A stretch of DNA of 58,597 nucleotides from an uncultured Clostridia bacterium. GTDB lineage: Bacteria; Bacillota; Clostridia; JAAYHZ01. The DNA is taken from contig CALCRE010000079.1 of assembly GCA_937894465.1 (NCBI GenBank), forward strand, positions 1 through 58,597, written 5' to 3'. The notes beneath the pieces were generated by a model. That model was not told the origin of the DNA, made no database searches, and saw only the letters and a list, made by a program, of their open reading frames with translations. Within the stretch, counting starts at the first letter, position 1. The number at the start of each line of letters is the position of its first letter. The position numbers and the translations under genes were made by a program. Below are positions 26,593-37,237 of the stretch, in pieces.

Positions 26593-27082
26593 TTTTTCCA
26601 CCCGGAATTGAACCCTACCGGATGGGTCAGTCCGCATTAGAGGATATGATGATACCCTATATTTTAATCTCGATGAAGTAGAATAATAACAGACAGGTTT
26701 TGCTTTCTCCTGTAAACTTCCTGCACCTTGCGGTACCGGGAAATCCACCCATGCCGGTCTGCGGAGGGGAACCTTCAGGTTGAGATTGAATTCGGTCTTG
26801 CCGCTTTCTGTGTATTGTTGATTGTATGATACGCCGGGATTTTACAAAGCAAGGCATCCGGTAATATTAAAAGCCGATTGGTTTTTTATGTATCTAAAAA
26901 GGGACGAAGATATAATGTATCAACCGTAGCACCCCCTCTTTGTTTTCCAAATGTTTAATGATATATTATCCCGGGCTTGTTCCGGAAAGACAATGACCTA
27001 AGTCTAGGTAAGCCTGCCAAATATGCAAATTCAACACTGTTCATCCAGTTATATATTTTTCCTTTCTGCATTGTCCGGATAA

Positions 27083-27111
27083 TTGACACAAGATGCTAGC
27101 AATGTTAGAAT
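27083..27111 (+). promoter_or_regulatory. Sigma-A promoter of xpaC-telA
   Basis: TTGACA-17bp-TAGAAT with extended TG. Confidence 0.7.
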
Positions 27112-27156
27112 TATTATGTACAAATCTGATTTTTGATTTACACTTGGAGAGGCTAT

Positions 27157-28467
27157 ATGAATAATAAGGACAATTTTAAAATAGGGAATGAAATCCGTAA
27201 TATCATCCAAAATGCAGTTAACACCAGAGATTTTACCGGTTTGAGTCATGATATCCGGAACATGGTTAACCGTGCACTTGATGAGACCGGATTGCCTTTG
27301 GGTCGAAATCGGGAAAAAGATGATTCACCCTTTAATACCTATGAACAAAATCAACAACCCAAGTATCAGCAAACGAAGGATCATCAACCTCAGAATCATC
27401 AAAATAAGAATCAATACACTAGATATAATTACGCCAAGCCGCCTTATGCAAAGACTGATAAGCATGAAATTAAACAACAAAAACCCTATCCCAAACCGGT
27501 TAAATATACTGTTCCGGTAGGGCAAGTGTCAGGTACGGTGCAAATCGTATTCGGCATTATCGGAAGTATCATATTCGGGATCATCGCATTAATGCTTGCG
27601 ATGACAGGCTATGCTTTCCAAAGCACTTTTTTCAATTCTCTGTTTTTATTCGGATCATTACCCTTCTTCTTAGGGTCTCTGACCGTGGCTTTCAATGGCA
27701 GCAATGTAAACCAAAGACTAAAAAGATTTCGAAAGTATGTTGCAATCATGGATGGTAAAAATTATAGCATGATCCGGGACTTTTCATCTGCTACCGGGAA
27801 AAATGAAAAATTTACTGCCAAGGATATACAGAAGATGATTGACAAGGGCATGTTTCCGGAAGGTCATATTGATGATAAAAAAACATGCTTTATGTTGAAC
27901 AACGAAAGCTATCAACAATACCTTCTCTTGAAGGAAAACATGAAAATCAAAGAGATCGAAGAACAGGCAAGGCTTAAGAAGGAAAGAGCGAATCAAAAGC
28001 AACCGTTAGATCCGGAAATTCGAAAGGCTATTGATGAAGGTCGCCAATATGTGCAGAAAATAAGGGATGCTAATGTCGCATTGGAAGGTGAAGAAATTTC
28101 ACGTAAATTAGACAAGCTGGAGGAGGTTACAGGTAAGATATTCGATTATGTAGAAGCTCATCCTAAGAAGTTTCCCGAGATCAAAAAATTTACGGAATAT
28201 TTTTTGCCTACAACATTAAAACTGTTAGATGCATATAGACAACTCGACAGCCAAACCGTGACAGGTAAAAACATTACAACCGCCAAGGGAGAGATCGAAC
28301 AATCGTTGGATACGATTAACATAGCTTTTGATAATCTGTTGGACGGATTATTCGAAGAGATTGCATTGGATGTATCCACTGATATATCTGTACTTGAAAC
28401 GATATTTGCACAAGAAGGATTAATGAACAAAAATAAAAATTTAAATAACGGGGGCATCAAACTATGA
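27157..28467 (+). CDS. XpaC-family (5-bromo-4-chloroindolyl phosphate hydrolysis) membrane protein
   Basis: Two TM helices; FTEYFLPTTLKLLDAY and DVSTDISVLET; paired with telA. Confidence 0.8.
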   Translation: MNNKDNFKIGNEIRNIIQNAVNTRDFTGLSHDIRNMVNRALDETGLPLGRNREKDDSPFNTYEQNQQPKYQQTKDHQPQNHQNKNQYTRYNYAKPPYAKTDKHEIKQQKPYPKPVKYTVPVGQVSGTVQIVFGIIGSIIFGIIALMLAMTGYAFQSTFFNSLFLFGSLPFFLGSLTVAFNGSNVNQRLKRFRKYVAIMDGKNYSMIRDFSSATGKNEKFTAKDIQKMIDKGMFPEGHIDDKKTCFMLNNESYQQYLLLKENMKIKEIEEQARLKKERANQKQPLDPEIRKAIDEGRQYVQKIRDANVALEGEEISRKLDKLEEVTGKIFDYVEAHPKKFPEIKKFTEYFLPTTLKLLDAYRQLDSQTVTGKNITTAKGEIEQSLDTINIAFDNLLDGLFEEIALDVSTDISVLETIFAQEGLMNKNKNLNNGGIKL

Positions 28468-29606
28468 GTAATGATATACCAACATTAAAATTCGATCCTT
28501 TTGAGGATGATAAATCTTCCGAAAGTAAAAAAGCTGGTGAGATCACCAACAAGGAAGAACAGGTACAGCAACCGGTATTGGATGAGAGTACGTTGACACT
28601 GGAAGAGAAAAAAATTGTGAACGATTTTGTCAATCAGATTGATTTATCAAAATCAAATCTTGTTCTACAGTATGGAGTAGGAGCTCAGAAGAAAATAGCG
28701 GATTTTTCAGAGTCCGCTCTTGATAATGTAAAAACGAAGGATCTCGGTGAAATTGGTGATATGCTTTCAGGAGTTGTTTCGGAACTAAAAGCTTTTGATG
28801 CTGAAGAAGAAAAAGGCTTGTTCAGTTTCTTAAAAAAATCCTCCAACAAAGTATCCGCTTTGAAAGCCAAATATGATAAGACAGAGACCAACATTGACAA
28901 GATCACCAATGCACTCGAATCTCATCAAATCCAACTGTTGAAAGACATCGCCATGATGGATAAAATGTATGATTTGAACGTAACCTATTTCAAGGAACTT
29001 TCCATGTATATCATGGCAGGTAAAAAGAAGCTGGAAAAGGTTCGAAATGAAGAATTGCCTGTATTGAAGGAGAAAGCAACCAAGAGCAATTTACCGGAGG
29101 ATATTCAAAAGGTCAACGATTTTGTCGCCACATGTAATCGCTTTGAAAAGAAGATACATGATTTGGAATTGACCAGAATGGTTTCCATTCAAATGGCACC
29201 TCAGATTCGTTTGATTCAAAGTAATAATTCCATGATGGTAGAGAAAATCCAATCCACCATTGTCAACACCATCCCCTTATGGAAAAGCCAGATGGTGATT
29301 GCATTAGGGGTGGAACATTCCGGCCAAGCGGCAAAAGCCCATAAGGAAGTAACGGATATGACCAATGAGCTGTTAAGGAAGAATGCAGAAAAGCTCAAAA
29401 TGGCGACTGTGGAGACTGCACGGGAATCCGAACGGGGTATCATCGACATGGACACATTGCGAATTACCAATGAATCGTTGATATCAACCCTCAATGAAGT
29501 AATGCAAATTCAAGAAGAAGGCCGTCAGAAGAGAAAAGAAGCTGAAGTGGAATTGAATCGCATCGAAGGTGAACTAAAAGCAAAGATGTTGGAATTGAGA
29601 GGCTGA
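28464..29606 (+). CDS. Toxic anion resistance protein (TelA/YaaN)
   Basis: QYGVGAQ, QMAPQIRLIQ, TIPLWKSQ, TNELLRKNA. Confidence 0.9.
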   Translation: MSNDIPTLKFDPFEDDKSSESKKAGEITNKEEQVQQPVLDESTLTLEEKKIVNDFVNQIDLSKSNLVLQYGVGAQKKIADFSESALDNVKTKDLGEIGDMLSGVVSELKAFDAEEEKGLFSFLKKSSNKVSALKAKYDKTETNIDKITNALESHQIQLLKDIAMMDKMYDLNVTYFKELSMYIMAGKKKLEKVRNEELPVLKEKATKSNLPEDIQKVNDFVATCNRFEKKIHDLELTRMVSIQMAPQIRLIQSNNSMMVEKIQSTIVNTIPLWKSQMVIALGVEHSGQAAKAHKEVTDMTNELLRKNAEKLKMATVETARESERGIIDMDTLRITNESLISTLNEVMQIQEEGRQKRKEAEVELNRIEGELKAKMLELRG

Positions 29607-29628
29607 AAACAAAATAGATCAAGTATAT

Positions 29629-29670
29629 AACAAGGGGAGTAAAAGCTTTTTACTTCCCTTGTTTACTTTT
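29629..29670. terminator. Terminator between convergent telA and nfo
   Basis: Stem aacaaggggagtaaaa/ttttacttcccttgtt. Confidence 0.75.
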
Positions 29671-29779
29671 CATCCCCATGGTAAATTTCTATAAAGCCCA
29701 TTTTCTTATAAATGTGCTATTAAGTCATCCTTACAGGGAAATTGTACATGAAGATAATTCTCTATGCACACCCGAGGCA

Positions 29780-30613
29780 TTAATACTCGTAAGCTTCTTT
29801 TAATATGCGGATTTCTTCTGCATATCCTTCGTTGTCATTAGGTGTTTCTAGGAAGAAGGGTAATTTGTGAAGTAGCGGGTGATTAATCACTTTGAAAAAA
29901 GTCTCCAAACCAAGTGAACCTTGTCCGATTTTTTCATGTCTGTCCTTATGGCTGCTAATGGGGTTTTTACTGTCGTTAATGTGAACAGCATATAATCGAT
30001 CCAGACCGATGATGCGATCAAATTCAGCCAAAACACCGTCAAGATCATTTACAATGTCATAGCCTGCATCATATATATGGCAAGTGTCGAGACAGATTCC
30101 TAACTTGTCATCCAACTTGGTACAATCAATAATTTGTCGGAGCTCTTGGAATGTCTTCCCGATTTCACTACCTTTACCGGACATGGTCTCAAGCAACACA
30201 ACTGTGGTTTGATCCGTTTTGAGTACCTTATTGAGCAGTGAGGAAGTCAGTTCGATGCCTTTTTCCACACCCTGTCCCACATGGCTTCCGGGATGAAAAT
30301 TATAATAGTTTCCGGGTGTATACTCCATTCGCATTAAGTCATCTTCCATGACCATATGTGCAAATTCCTTGACTCTTTCATCAGAAGAGCACGGATTGAG
30401 AGTATATGGTGCATGAGCCAAGATTCGATGAAGATTCTCTTCTTGGGCAATTTTCAAAAATGAAGCAATATCCCCTTCGTCGATATCTTTTGCTTTACCG
30501 CCTCTCGGGTTACGAGTAAAAAATTGAAAGGTGTCAGCTCCCATGCCAAGCGCTTCTTTGGCCATATGAGAATAACCTTTTGAAGCTGATAAATGGCATC
30601 CTATATGTAACAT
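29780..30613 (-). CDS. nfo: Endonuclease IV (AP endonuclease)
   Basis: [47 protein letters not shown]. Confidence 0.95.
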   Translation of the reverse strand: MLHIGCHLSASKGYSHMAKEALGMGADTFQFFTRNPRGGKAKDIDEGDIASFLKIAQEENLHRILAHAPYTLNPCSSDERVKEFAHMVMEDDLMRMEYTPGNYYNFHPGSHVGQGVEKGIELTSSLLNKVLKTDQTTVVLLETMSGKGSEIGKTFQELRQIIDCTKLDDKLGICLDTCHIYDAGYDIVNDLDGVLAEFDRIIGLDRLYAVHINDSKNPISSHKDRHEKIGQGSLGLETFFKVINHPLLHKLPFFLETPNDNEGYAEEIRILKEAYEY

Positions 30614-31039
30614 TATACAACCCCCCCTTTTATTGTCATGAACGATATAATGATCTTTTGATTATTATATCAAATCATGCGGGTACTTACAATTTTCTAG
30701 CCGCTCATTATAGTAAGTGTACCAAGTCTACCAATTTTTAAGAACTCTAGATATTATTAGACTATTGTCCTTTGATCATGTATAATGAAGGCAAAAAAAT
30801 AGCATGAAATTCAATCAATCCTGGGCCTGAAATATTACGAGCATGTTTTTCGCTGCATAGACAATGGATCAATTTTATGATGCAATCCGTCCGGATCCTA
30901 GTGTGAAGACAAGTAACAGGAAAATGATGAATTACATATGGGTAAAGCTATGTTAGCCTTCATTTTACTTGATAAAAGTGGTAAAATAATGAGGTGGAAA
31001 TTGAGGATGTATGATGGTGTTAGCAATGGAGGTATGTCA

Positions 31040-32869
31040 ATGAAAAGAAAAATTCTAGCATTTGTTATGGCGACGGTTATTCTAATTGGTCTTGTATCGT
31101 GTAAAAAAACAAATGATAACACTCAAAATGAAAACCGGATCACATTGCCCCAAATGACAATGACTCAAACAACGGCACCGATAATTACGCTTCCGGTGAT
31201 CACCACCACGCCAAAGGTTGAGGAAACCGAGGAAGTAGATCCTTTTGCCGAAAAGATGACCATTACCTGGCTGGTCGGTATCAATTCATCTCATCAGTAT
31301 GAAGAAGACCGATGGGATGAGTTGGAATTAGAAGAAAAATTCAATGTGGATATAAAGCTGTGGAATGTCTTGATAGATTCAGAGGATAAGGAAGAAGTTA
31401 AAATGATGCTGGCAGCAGGAGATGTTCCGGATTATGGCTTTTATTTCATGAGTGGTCGTGATCTGTACGAACAAGGATTGGCAAGATCCGTAAATCTTAG
31501 GAAAATGGAAGTGTTTTATCCGAGTTATTACAAAAAGCTTGTCAGCGACCCCCTCGGGCAACAACTCAATCAAGTAAAAGGTGAAAAAAATGAATATTAC
31601 GGTTTTACATCTTTTAGTTGTTTATCTACCTATGCTGAATATGTACCTATGTGGCGTTTAGACTGGTTAAAAGAGGCAGGGTATAAAATGACAAACTTGG
31701 TTCCTCTAACTTCCGAGGCATACCCGGAATTCGTTAACAAGGTGTATTTTTCCAACACGAAGTTTACTCTGGAGGATGTCAAGGAAATATATCGAGCTTT
31801 CACCCAGGATGATCCCGATGGAAACGGTTTGGATGATACATATGGCTCGGTTTATACCGGCACTGATTCGGATGTATATAATTCTTATGTAATGTTCGGA
31901 TTTGTCAACGATGAAAACTACTTTTACCTAGATCCGGAGCTCGAAGATTACGTACCATATTTTGCATATAGCCCTTATAGAGATTGCTTGAAATTTATAA
32001 CTGAAATGTTGGACAGAGGTTTTATGAGACCTCTTCCCGATAACAATGCAGTGGAAGAAGAACTATCGGCTGTTTGGAAAAATGGGAAAATAGGATTTAT
32101 GAATGCAATCTCCGGATCATCTATATTAGGTTTTGATGAGCAGGCAATGAACAGACTTCCTTTGTCAATACTGCAATCCGATCCGGAAGCGACATTTGTA
32201 GTTACTCCTGCACCGGGGACGGACGGGAAATTCAAACCTTATCGGACATTCGATTGGAATCCCGAATGTACCTATCCTGTTGGAATTCAAGTATCGGACG
32301 AAAAACTGGAAAGGTTGATGCAAATATTGGAGTATTCCTACTTTGGAGAAGATTGGTTAAGGTATAAATTAGGGATTTCAGGTGTCCATTATGTGTGGGC
32401 GGGCGAACCGCTTCAAAGCTCCGTCATCATGGATAAGCCCGAAAACATACCTCCGAAATATTCCGGATTGGGAACTCCTGTATTCGGTCAATTCGGCAAT
32501 ATTGATTTTATCGATGATACAAAAATATATTTTGGTTATGATGCTTTTACCACTCAACTCGTAACCTATTTTGATCACTACAATCAAGGTGGATATTATG
32601 CAAATAGCTTTTGGATCCGACCGGGCAAATATTACTCGGAATACACAATGCCGGAAACCCTATATGATCGTTTTACGGTAACAAAAGAAAAAACCTACAA
32701 AGATATCATGGCAGTCCATGATGACTTTGTGAAAAAGGTATGGGCCGGAGAAATTATTCATATGGATAATGAATGGGATGAGTATATCCGTCAGATCTAC
32801 GGGGCAGGATTAAAATCTTGGGTGGACATTTGGAACAGTAAGCAAATAGATACTTTTGATGAGTTTTAA
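31040..32869 (+). CDS. Carbohydrate ABC-type substrate-binding lipoprotein (orphan)
   Basis: Lipobox LVSC, Thr-rich linker, MLAAGDVPD, RLDWL, DPDGNG..DTYG. Confidence 0.75.
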   Translation: MKRKILAFVMATVILIGLVSCKKTNDNTQNENRITLPQMTMTQTTAPIITLPVITTTPKVEETEEVDPFAEKMTITWLVGINSSHQYEEDRWDELELEEKFNVDIKLWNVLIDSEDKEEVKMMLAAGDVPDYGFYFMSGRDLYEQGLARSVNLRKMEVFYPSYYKKLVSDPLGQQLNQVKGEKNEYYGFTSFSCLSTYAEYVPMWRLDWLKEAGYKMTNLVPLTSEAYPEFVNKVYFSNTKFTLEDVKEIYRAFTQDDPDGNGLDDTYGSVYTGTDSDVYNSYVMFGFVNDENYFYLDPELEDYVPYFAYSPYRDCLKFITEMLDRGFMRPLPDNNAVEEELSAVWKNGKIGFMNAISGSSILGFDEQAMNRLPLSILQSDPEATFVVTPAPGTDGKFKPYRTFDWNPECTYPVGIQVSDEKLERLMQILEYSYFGEDWLRYKLGISGVHYVWAGEPLQSSVIMDKPENIPPKYSGLGTPVFGQFGNIDFIDDTKIYFGYDAFTTQLVTYFDHYNQGGYYANSFWIRPGKYYSEYTMPETLYDRFTVTKEKTYKDIMAVHDDFVKKVWAGEIIHMDNEWDEYIRQIYGAGLKSWVDIWNSKQIDTFDEF

Positions 32870-32953
32870 AAAGTGTTATCGAATAATTTTAAAATAAAAC
32901 AGGGAAGCTTTGTTCGCTTCCCTTGCTTTTTGAGATAGTGTACTTTAATAAAA

Positions 32954-33442
32954 CTAATGGACTTGATACATTCCTTTATTTTCCATGTATTGGAATATGG
33001 CTTCTCCGTGCTTTTGTTCTTCTTTTTGTATGTGATTCAATACATCACGAACTCCGGTATCTCTAAACTCAAAAATTGCTGTATCATAGGTTCCGGAAAC
33101 ATACTTTTCTGTTCCCAACAAATCCGAACAAATGCTTTTATCCGAGAAATTGTTCATATTCTGTGCGTTGTTCATATTGGTATTTGTACTTTGATTCCCC
33201 ATGGCTTGTCCTGCATTTCCTTGATTTTGTTGCTGGTTCATCTGAGGAATTTGACCGTTTAATAATTGATTGACGCTGTTTAAGTGGGATCTTTCCACTT
33301 GTCCGTTGGCACTCAATATTTGTTTTAATTGAACATCCTGAGCTTGATTAGCATAAGCAGTGTATTTTTCTATGCATAATTGCTCTTGACTTTTCAGATC
33401 TTCCAATAGCAGTCTTTCTTTTTGTGATAAAGTAATATCCAA
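32954..33442 (-). CDS. Spore coat (Coat F/ferritin-like) protein
   Basis: LSQKE..LLEDL..QE.LC.EKY and IQKEEQKHGE; TTG start with RBS ggaggtg; sigma-G-like promoter. Confidence 0.75.
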   Translation of the reverse strand: MDITLSQKERLLLEDLKSQEQLCIEKYTAYANQAQDVQLKQILSANGQVERSHLNSVNQLLNGQIPQMNQQQNQGNAGQAMGNQSTNTNMNNAQNMNNFSDKSICSDLLGTEKYVSGTYDTAIFEFRDTGVRDVLNHIQKEEQKHGEAIFQYMENKGMYQVH

Positions 33443-33460
33443 TTTGCTCACCTCCACCCT

Positions 33461-33490
33461 TATTATGCAATAATGATCTTCATTTTATAC
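33461..33490 (-). promoter_or_regulatory. Sigma-G-like forespore promoter
   Basis: Minus strand reads GTATA-18bp-CATAATA. Confidence 0.6.
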
Positions 33491-33759
33491 TTTCTAAAAT
33501 CTTTTAAATGCAACTTATCTTTGGACTTATTGTAAGGTACCTGAATTTATTACTTACTCCCGAAATAAATTGTTAACGGCGACATTAATCCGTTTTGGCC
33601 CTTTGACAGATGTTTTACATGGAGTCAGATATGATTTTTTTTGTCTTTTGTGGTATATCATGTGGTTCATTTGATCAACTGGCATTGATCAACCGGATGT
33701 TAAAATCGTTACAAAAGGTGCATGATAAGGAAAAATAATAGGATATCTTTTTTGCTTTA

Positions 33760-33788
33760 TTGACATACTCTTCGTTTGATATTATGAT
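33760..33788 (+). promoter_or_regulatory. Sigma-A promoter
   Basis: TTGACA-17bp-TATGAT. Confidence 0.65.
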
Positions 33789-33838
33789 AAGTCCTAATGA
33801 ATAAATATAGAATTTAATGAAATCAGGGAATATTTTTA

Positions 33839-34954
33839 ATGGTAAATAAAAGAATCTACCTTACTTCGCCCCATATGAGTGAAGAAGGTTATGAGATGGA
33901 ATACATCAAAGAAGCATTTGATACTAATTGGATCGCTCCTTTAGGAAAAAATGTAGATGAATTTGAACATGAAATAGCACAAAAGGTAAAAGTCAATGAT
34001 GCTGTTGCGTTAACATCAGGGACAGCTGCATTGCATATGGCACTAAGGGCATCCGGTGTGACTCCGGGAGATATTGTTTTTTGCCCTAGCTTTACATTCT
34101 CTGCATCGGCTAATCCGATTATTTATCAAGGTGCTTCTCCGGTTTTTATCGATAGTGATCTGAAAACATGGAATATGGATCCGATTGTTTTGGGAAAAGC
34201 ATTTATGATGTATAAACCCAAGGCTGTTTTAGTTGTTCATTTATATGGATTGGCGGCTCAAATGGATGCCATAGTGGATTTATGCAAAAAATATCATGTG
34301 ACATTAATAGAGGATGCTGCCGAGAGCTTGGGAACCACGTATAAAGGAGTCCATACCGGCACCATGGGAGACTTCGGTGTGTACAGTTTTAACGGCAACA
34401 AGATCATCACCACGTCCGGGGGTGGTATGCTGGTGAGCAATCAAAAAGATCTGATTGATAAGGTTCGTTATTGGGCTACCCAAAGCAGGGATGATGCACC
34501 TTATTATCAACATAGTGAATTGGGTTTTAATTACAAGATGAGTAATATCATCGCCGGTATCGGTCGAGGTCAACTTAAGGTATTAGATCGACGCATTCAA
34601 AAAAAGAAAGAAATTTTTCAATTTTATCAAAACCGGCTTTCCGACTTGGAAGGATTGGAAATGATGCCGGTTCACCCGGACAGTGATCCTAATTATTGGT
34701 TGAGCTGTATCTTGTTAAATGGAAAAGTAAGCCCGACTCAAATAATAAAAGTATTAGGTGAAAATAATATAGAAGCCAGATATACATGGAAACCTATGCA
34801 TATGCAACCTTACTTTTCGGAATACGAATTCGTAGGGGAAGGGATTTGTGAAGAAATATTTAATAGAGGTGTTTGTTTACCAAGCGATACAAAATTGACA
34901 CTAGATGACTTGGACCGAATCGTTGAATTAATCAGGAGCGTGTGGAAACAGTAA
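33839..34954 (+). CDS. DegT/DnrJ/EryC1/StrS nucleotide-sugar aminotransferase (EpsN/PglE-like)
   Basis: NWIAPLG, SGTAALH, IEDAAESLG, SFNGNKIITTSGGG (PLP Lys). Confidence 0.9.
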   Translation: MVNKRIYLTSPHMSEEGYEMEYIKEAFDTNWIAPLGKNVDEFEHEIAQKVKVNDAVALTSGTAALHMALRASGVTPGDIVFCPSFTFSASANPIIYQGASPVFIDSDLKTWNMDPIVLGKAFMMYKPKAVLVVHLYGLAAQMDAIVDLCKKYHVTLIEDAAESLGTTYKGVHTGTMGDFGVYSFNGNKIITTSGGGMLVSNQKDLIDKVRYWATQSRDDAPYYQHSELGFNYKMSNIIAGIGRGQLKVLDRRIQKKKEIFQFYQNRLSDLEGLEMMPVHPDSDPNYWLSCILLNGKVSPTQIIKVLGENNIEARYTWKPMHMQPYFSEYEFVGEGICEEIFNRGVCLPSDTKLTLDDLDRIVELIRSVWKQ

Positions 34955-35016
34955 ACAAGTATTGCAAAAAGGCTATGCTATAGGTACAATATGAATATGT
35001 TTTGGGGGTACATTAA

Positions 35017-37227
35017 ATGGCAAAGGTATTACAAGGAGTTAAACAAACTTATATAAGTGAGTTTACCGCCCAAACATTACTTAATAGTTTATCTTACTGT
35101 GTTTGGTTAAGTGATAAGGATTCCCGTATTATATTTACCAATTTAGCATTTGGTGAATATTTAGGAATTAATTCCGACACTAGGCCTATTCTGTCAAGCA
35201 TTGTTCATTCGGATGATTTAGAGGAAATCAGACGTATGTTATATGATGAAAAAAGGACATATAACCTGAACCGGATTATAGCACGCGTAAGGAGGTTTGA
35301 CGGTGTCTATCGCTGGTGCTATATTTGTAGTTATCCGTTGTATGGACCGGAAAATCTATTATATGGGTATTTAGGGACGCTTACCGATATCTCTAATGCC
35401 ATGTCGAATTTCAATCTAGACGAGATGATGAGTGAATTCTTTGACTCAAAATATGAAAATGTACCTTTTGGTTTATTGGTGATCGATCAAGATGACCAAA
35501 TCATTTTTTGTAATGATATGTGCGAAACCATTACAAGTCGATCAAAAGAGCAATTGCTATATAAGAACTGGAAACTTTTTGACTATTCGAATAATTCTAC
35601 AGAACTTGCGTGCAATCTTGAGAAGATTAAATCCGGTGAAAAAGAAAGAATTAACTCTTTGCTAAAACTTATGAAACCGGATCAATCGGAAGTCTGGATC
35701 ACTGTAACCGTTTTTTCTTTGAAAGAAAATGGAACTGACTCCGGGAAATATATGTTTGTGATCAATGATATCACAGAAAATATACACTTGGCGGAACAGA
35801 CAAGCGCACAAGAGCGATTTCTATCTTTGTTCTGGTCTGATAGACCGGGGATGATTTTTCGATGCCAACCGGGTCCCGAAGCATCTATGTCATATGTTTC
35901 AGAAGGATGTTTCCAACTTACCGGATATGATCAAAGATTTTTGACAACTAACAAGCGTTTCTATTTCAATAAGGTGATCAATAAGGAGTACCGTCAATAT
36001 TTATATCAAAGAAGGAATGAAGCAATTCAAGAAAATAGAATTCACAAGGATGAGTATATGATCACAACCTCCGCCGGAGAACAAAGGTGGGTATTTGAAC
36101 AATTGCAAGGTATTTATGATGCGTCCGGTCAATTGGTGGTGGTGGAAGGATTGGTATCAGATATTACCGAGTCAAAGGAAAAAGACTATGAAATATTAAA
36201 AATGCAATATCATGACCCGGTCACAGGTATAAACAACAGACGTTTTTTCGAAGCCTCGTGCAGGAATCTTGACCGAATAGACCGATTACCGGTAACGGTA
36301 GTTGTGGTAAAGGTCAGTGGATTGAGGCTGGTGAAGGAGGCTTTAGGTCAATCCGTGAGAGATGAACTCATGGTTTCGGTATCGCAAATAATTACTAGAT
36401 GCTGCAAAGACAAGGATGTTGTGGCTGTTACCGGGGAGGATGAGTTTACTGTATTATTGCCTGAATCCGATTATGATCAAGCATGCAATCTGATTCAACA
36501 AATTCGGATGCAAATGAAAGTCAGCAAGGATAAAATTTATAGCAAGACCGGGTTGATTACCGGATTCTTCGGTTGTGCAACAAAGAAAAATAAGCATGAG
36601 CTGTTATGTGATGTTGTACATCAAGCTGAAAAAAACCTCTACTTCCCTTGTGAAGGTGAGCAAAAACATCATGCAGCCTTTCCGAATATCTATAGTTCAC
36701 AACGATTCATGAGAAGGCAAATCAGTGAACGAAGTGCTCGAGTTCATAAGTTATGTCATTATTTAGGATTGAGGTTCAATTTGGATGAAGACGAAATGAA
36801 TCGTCTTAAGATGTTGTCTATGGTTCATAACATCGGTTTGGCTGAAGTGAGTTCTAACATATTACTGAAGCAGGGCAAATTGACGCGTGATGAGTGGGCG
36901 GTTATAAAAATGCATCCGGAGATCGGTTACAGAATTGCGCTGGCTTCAGCAGAACTGGCTTGTGTCGCGGAGGAAATTTTATATCATCATGAATGGTGGA
37001 ATGGCGCCGGTTATCCGAAGGGGCTCAAAGGAGAGGAGATCCCTTTCCTTTCCAGGATTCTTGCCGTTGCAGATGCATATGATGCCATGACCAACGAAAG
37101 ACCATACCGATTTGCTTTGTCCAAAGAAAAGGCGATTGAAGAAATAAAAATGTATGCCGGCATTCGATTTGATCATTCAGTTGTCCGGATGTTTTTACAT
37201 GTCATCCAAGAGGAAGGGCTTGATTGA
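35017..37227 (+). CDS. PAS-PAS-PAS / GGDEF-like / HD-GYP-like signalling protein
   Basis: Three PAS/PAC segments ending DIS/DIT; HDPVTGINNRR; GEDEF; HNIG...HHEWWNGAGYP. Upstream TTGCAA-17-TACAAT at 34962-34990. Confidence 0.85.
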   Translation: MAKVLQGVKQTYISEFTAQTLLNSLSYCVWLSDKDSRIIFTNLAFGEYLGINSDTRPILSSIVHSDDLEEIRRMLYDEKRTYNLNRIIARVRRFDGVYRWCYICSYPLYGPENLLYGYLGTLTDISNAMSNFNLDEMMSEFFDSKYENVPFGLLVIDQDDQIIFCNDMCETITSRSKEQLLYKNWKLFDYSNNSTELACNLEKIKSGEKERINSLLKLMKPDQSEVWITVTVFSLKENGTDSGKYMFVINDITENIHLAEQTSAQERFLSLFWSDRPGMIFRCQPGPEASMSYVSEGCFQLTGYDQRFLTTNKRFYFNKVINKEYRQYLYQRRNEAIQENRIHKDEYMITTSAGEQRWVFEQLQGIYDASGQLVVVEGLVSDITESKEKDYEILKMQYHDPVTGINNRRFFEASCRNLDRIDRLPVTVVVVKVSGLRLVKEALGQSVRDELMVSVSQIITRCCKDKDVVAVTGEDEFTVLLPESDYDQACNLIQQIRMQMKVSKDKIYSKTGLITGFFGCATKKNKHELLCDVVHQAEKNLYFPCEGEQKHHAAFPNIYSSQRFMRRQISERSARVHKLCHYLGLRFNLDEDEMNRLKMLSMVHNIGLAEVSSNILLKQGKLTRDEWAVIKMHPEIGYRIALASAELACVAEEILYHHEWWNGAGYPKGLKGEEIPFLSRILAVADAYDAMTNERPYRFALSKEKAIEEIKMYAGIRFDHSVVRMFLHVIQEEGLD

Positions 37228-37237
37228 TTCATCAACA

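Noticed and set aside
26657-26857. 66-aa ORF, or 6S/SRP/T-box/c-di-AMP riboswitch assignment
   Set aside because: Only fragments resemble these families (ggtaccgc, ggggaacc) and the diagnostic motifs are absent. Kept only as an unassigned candidate.
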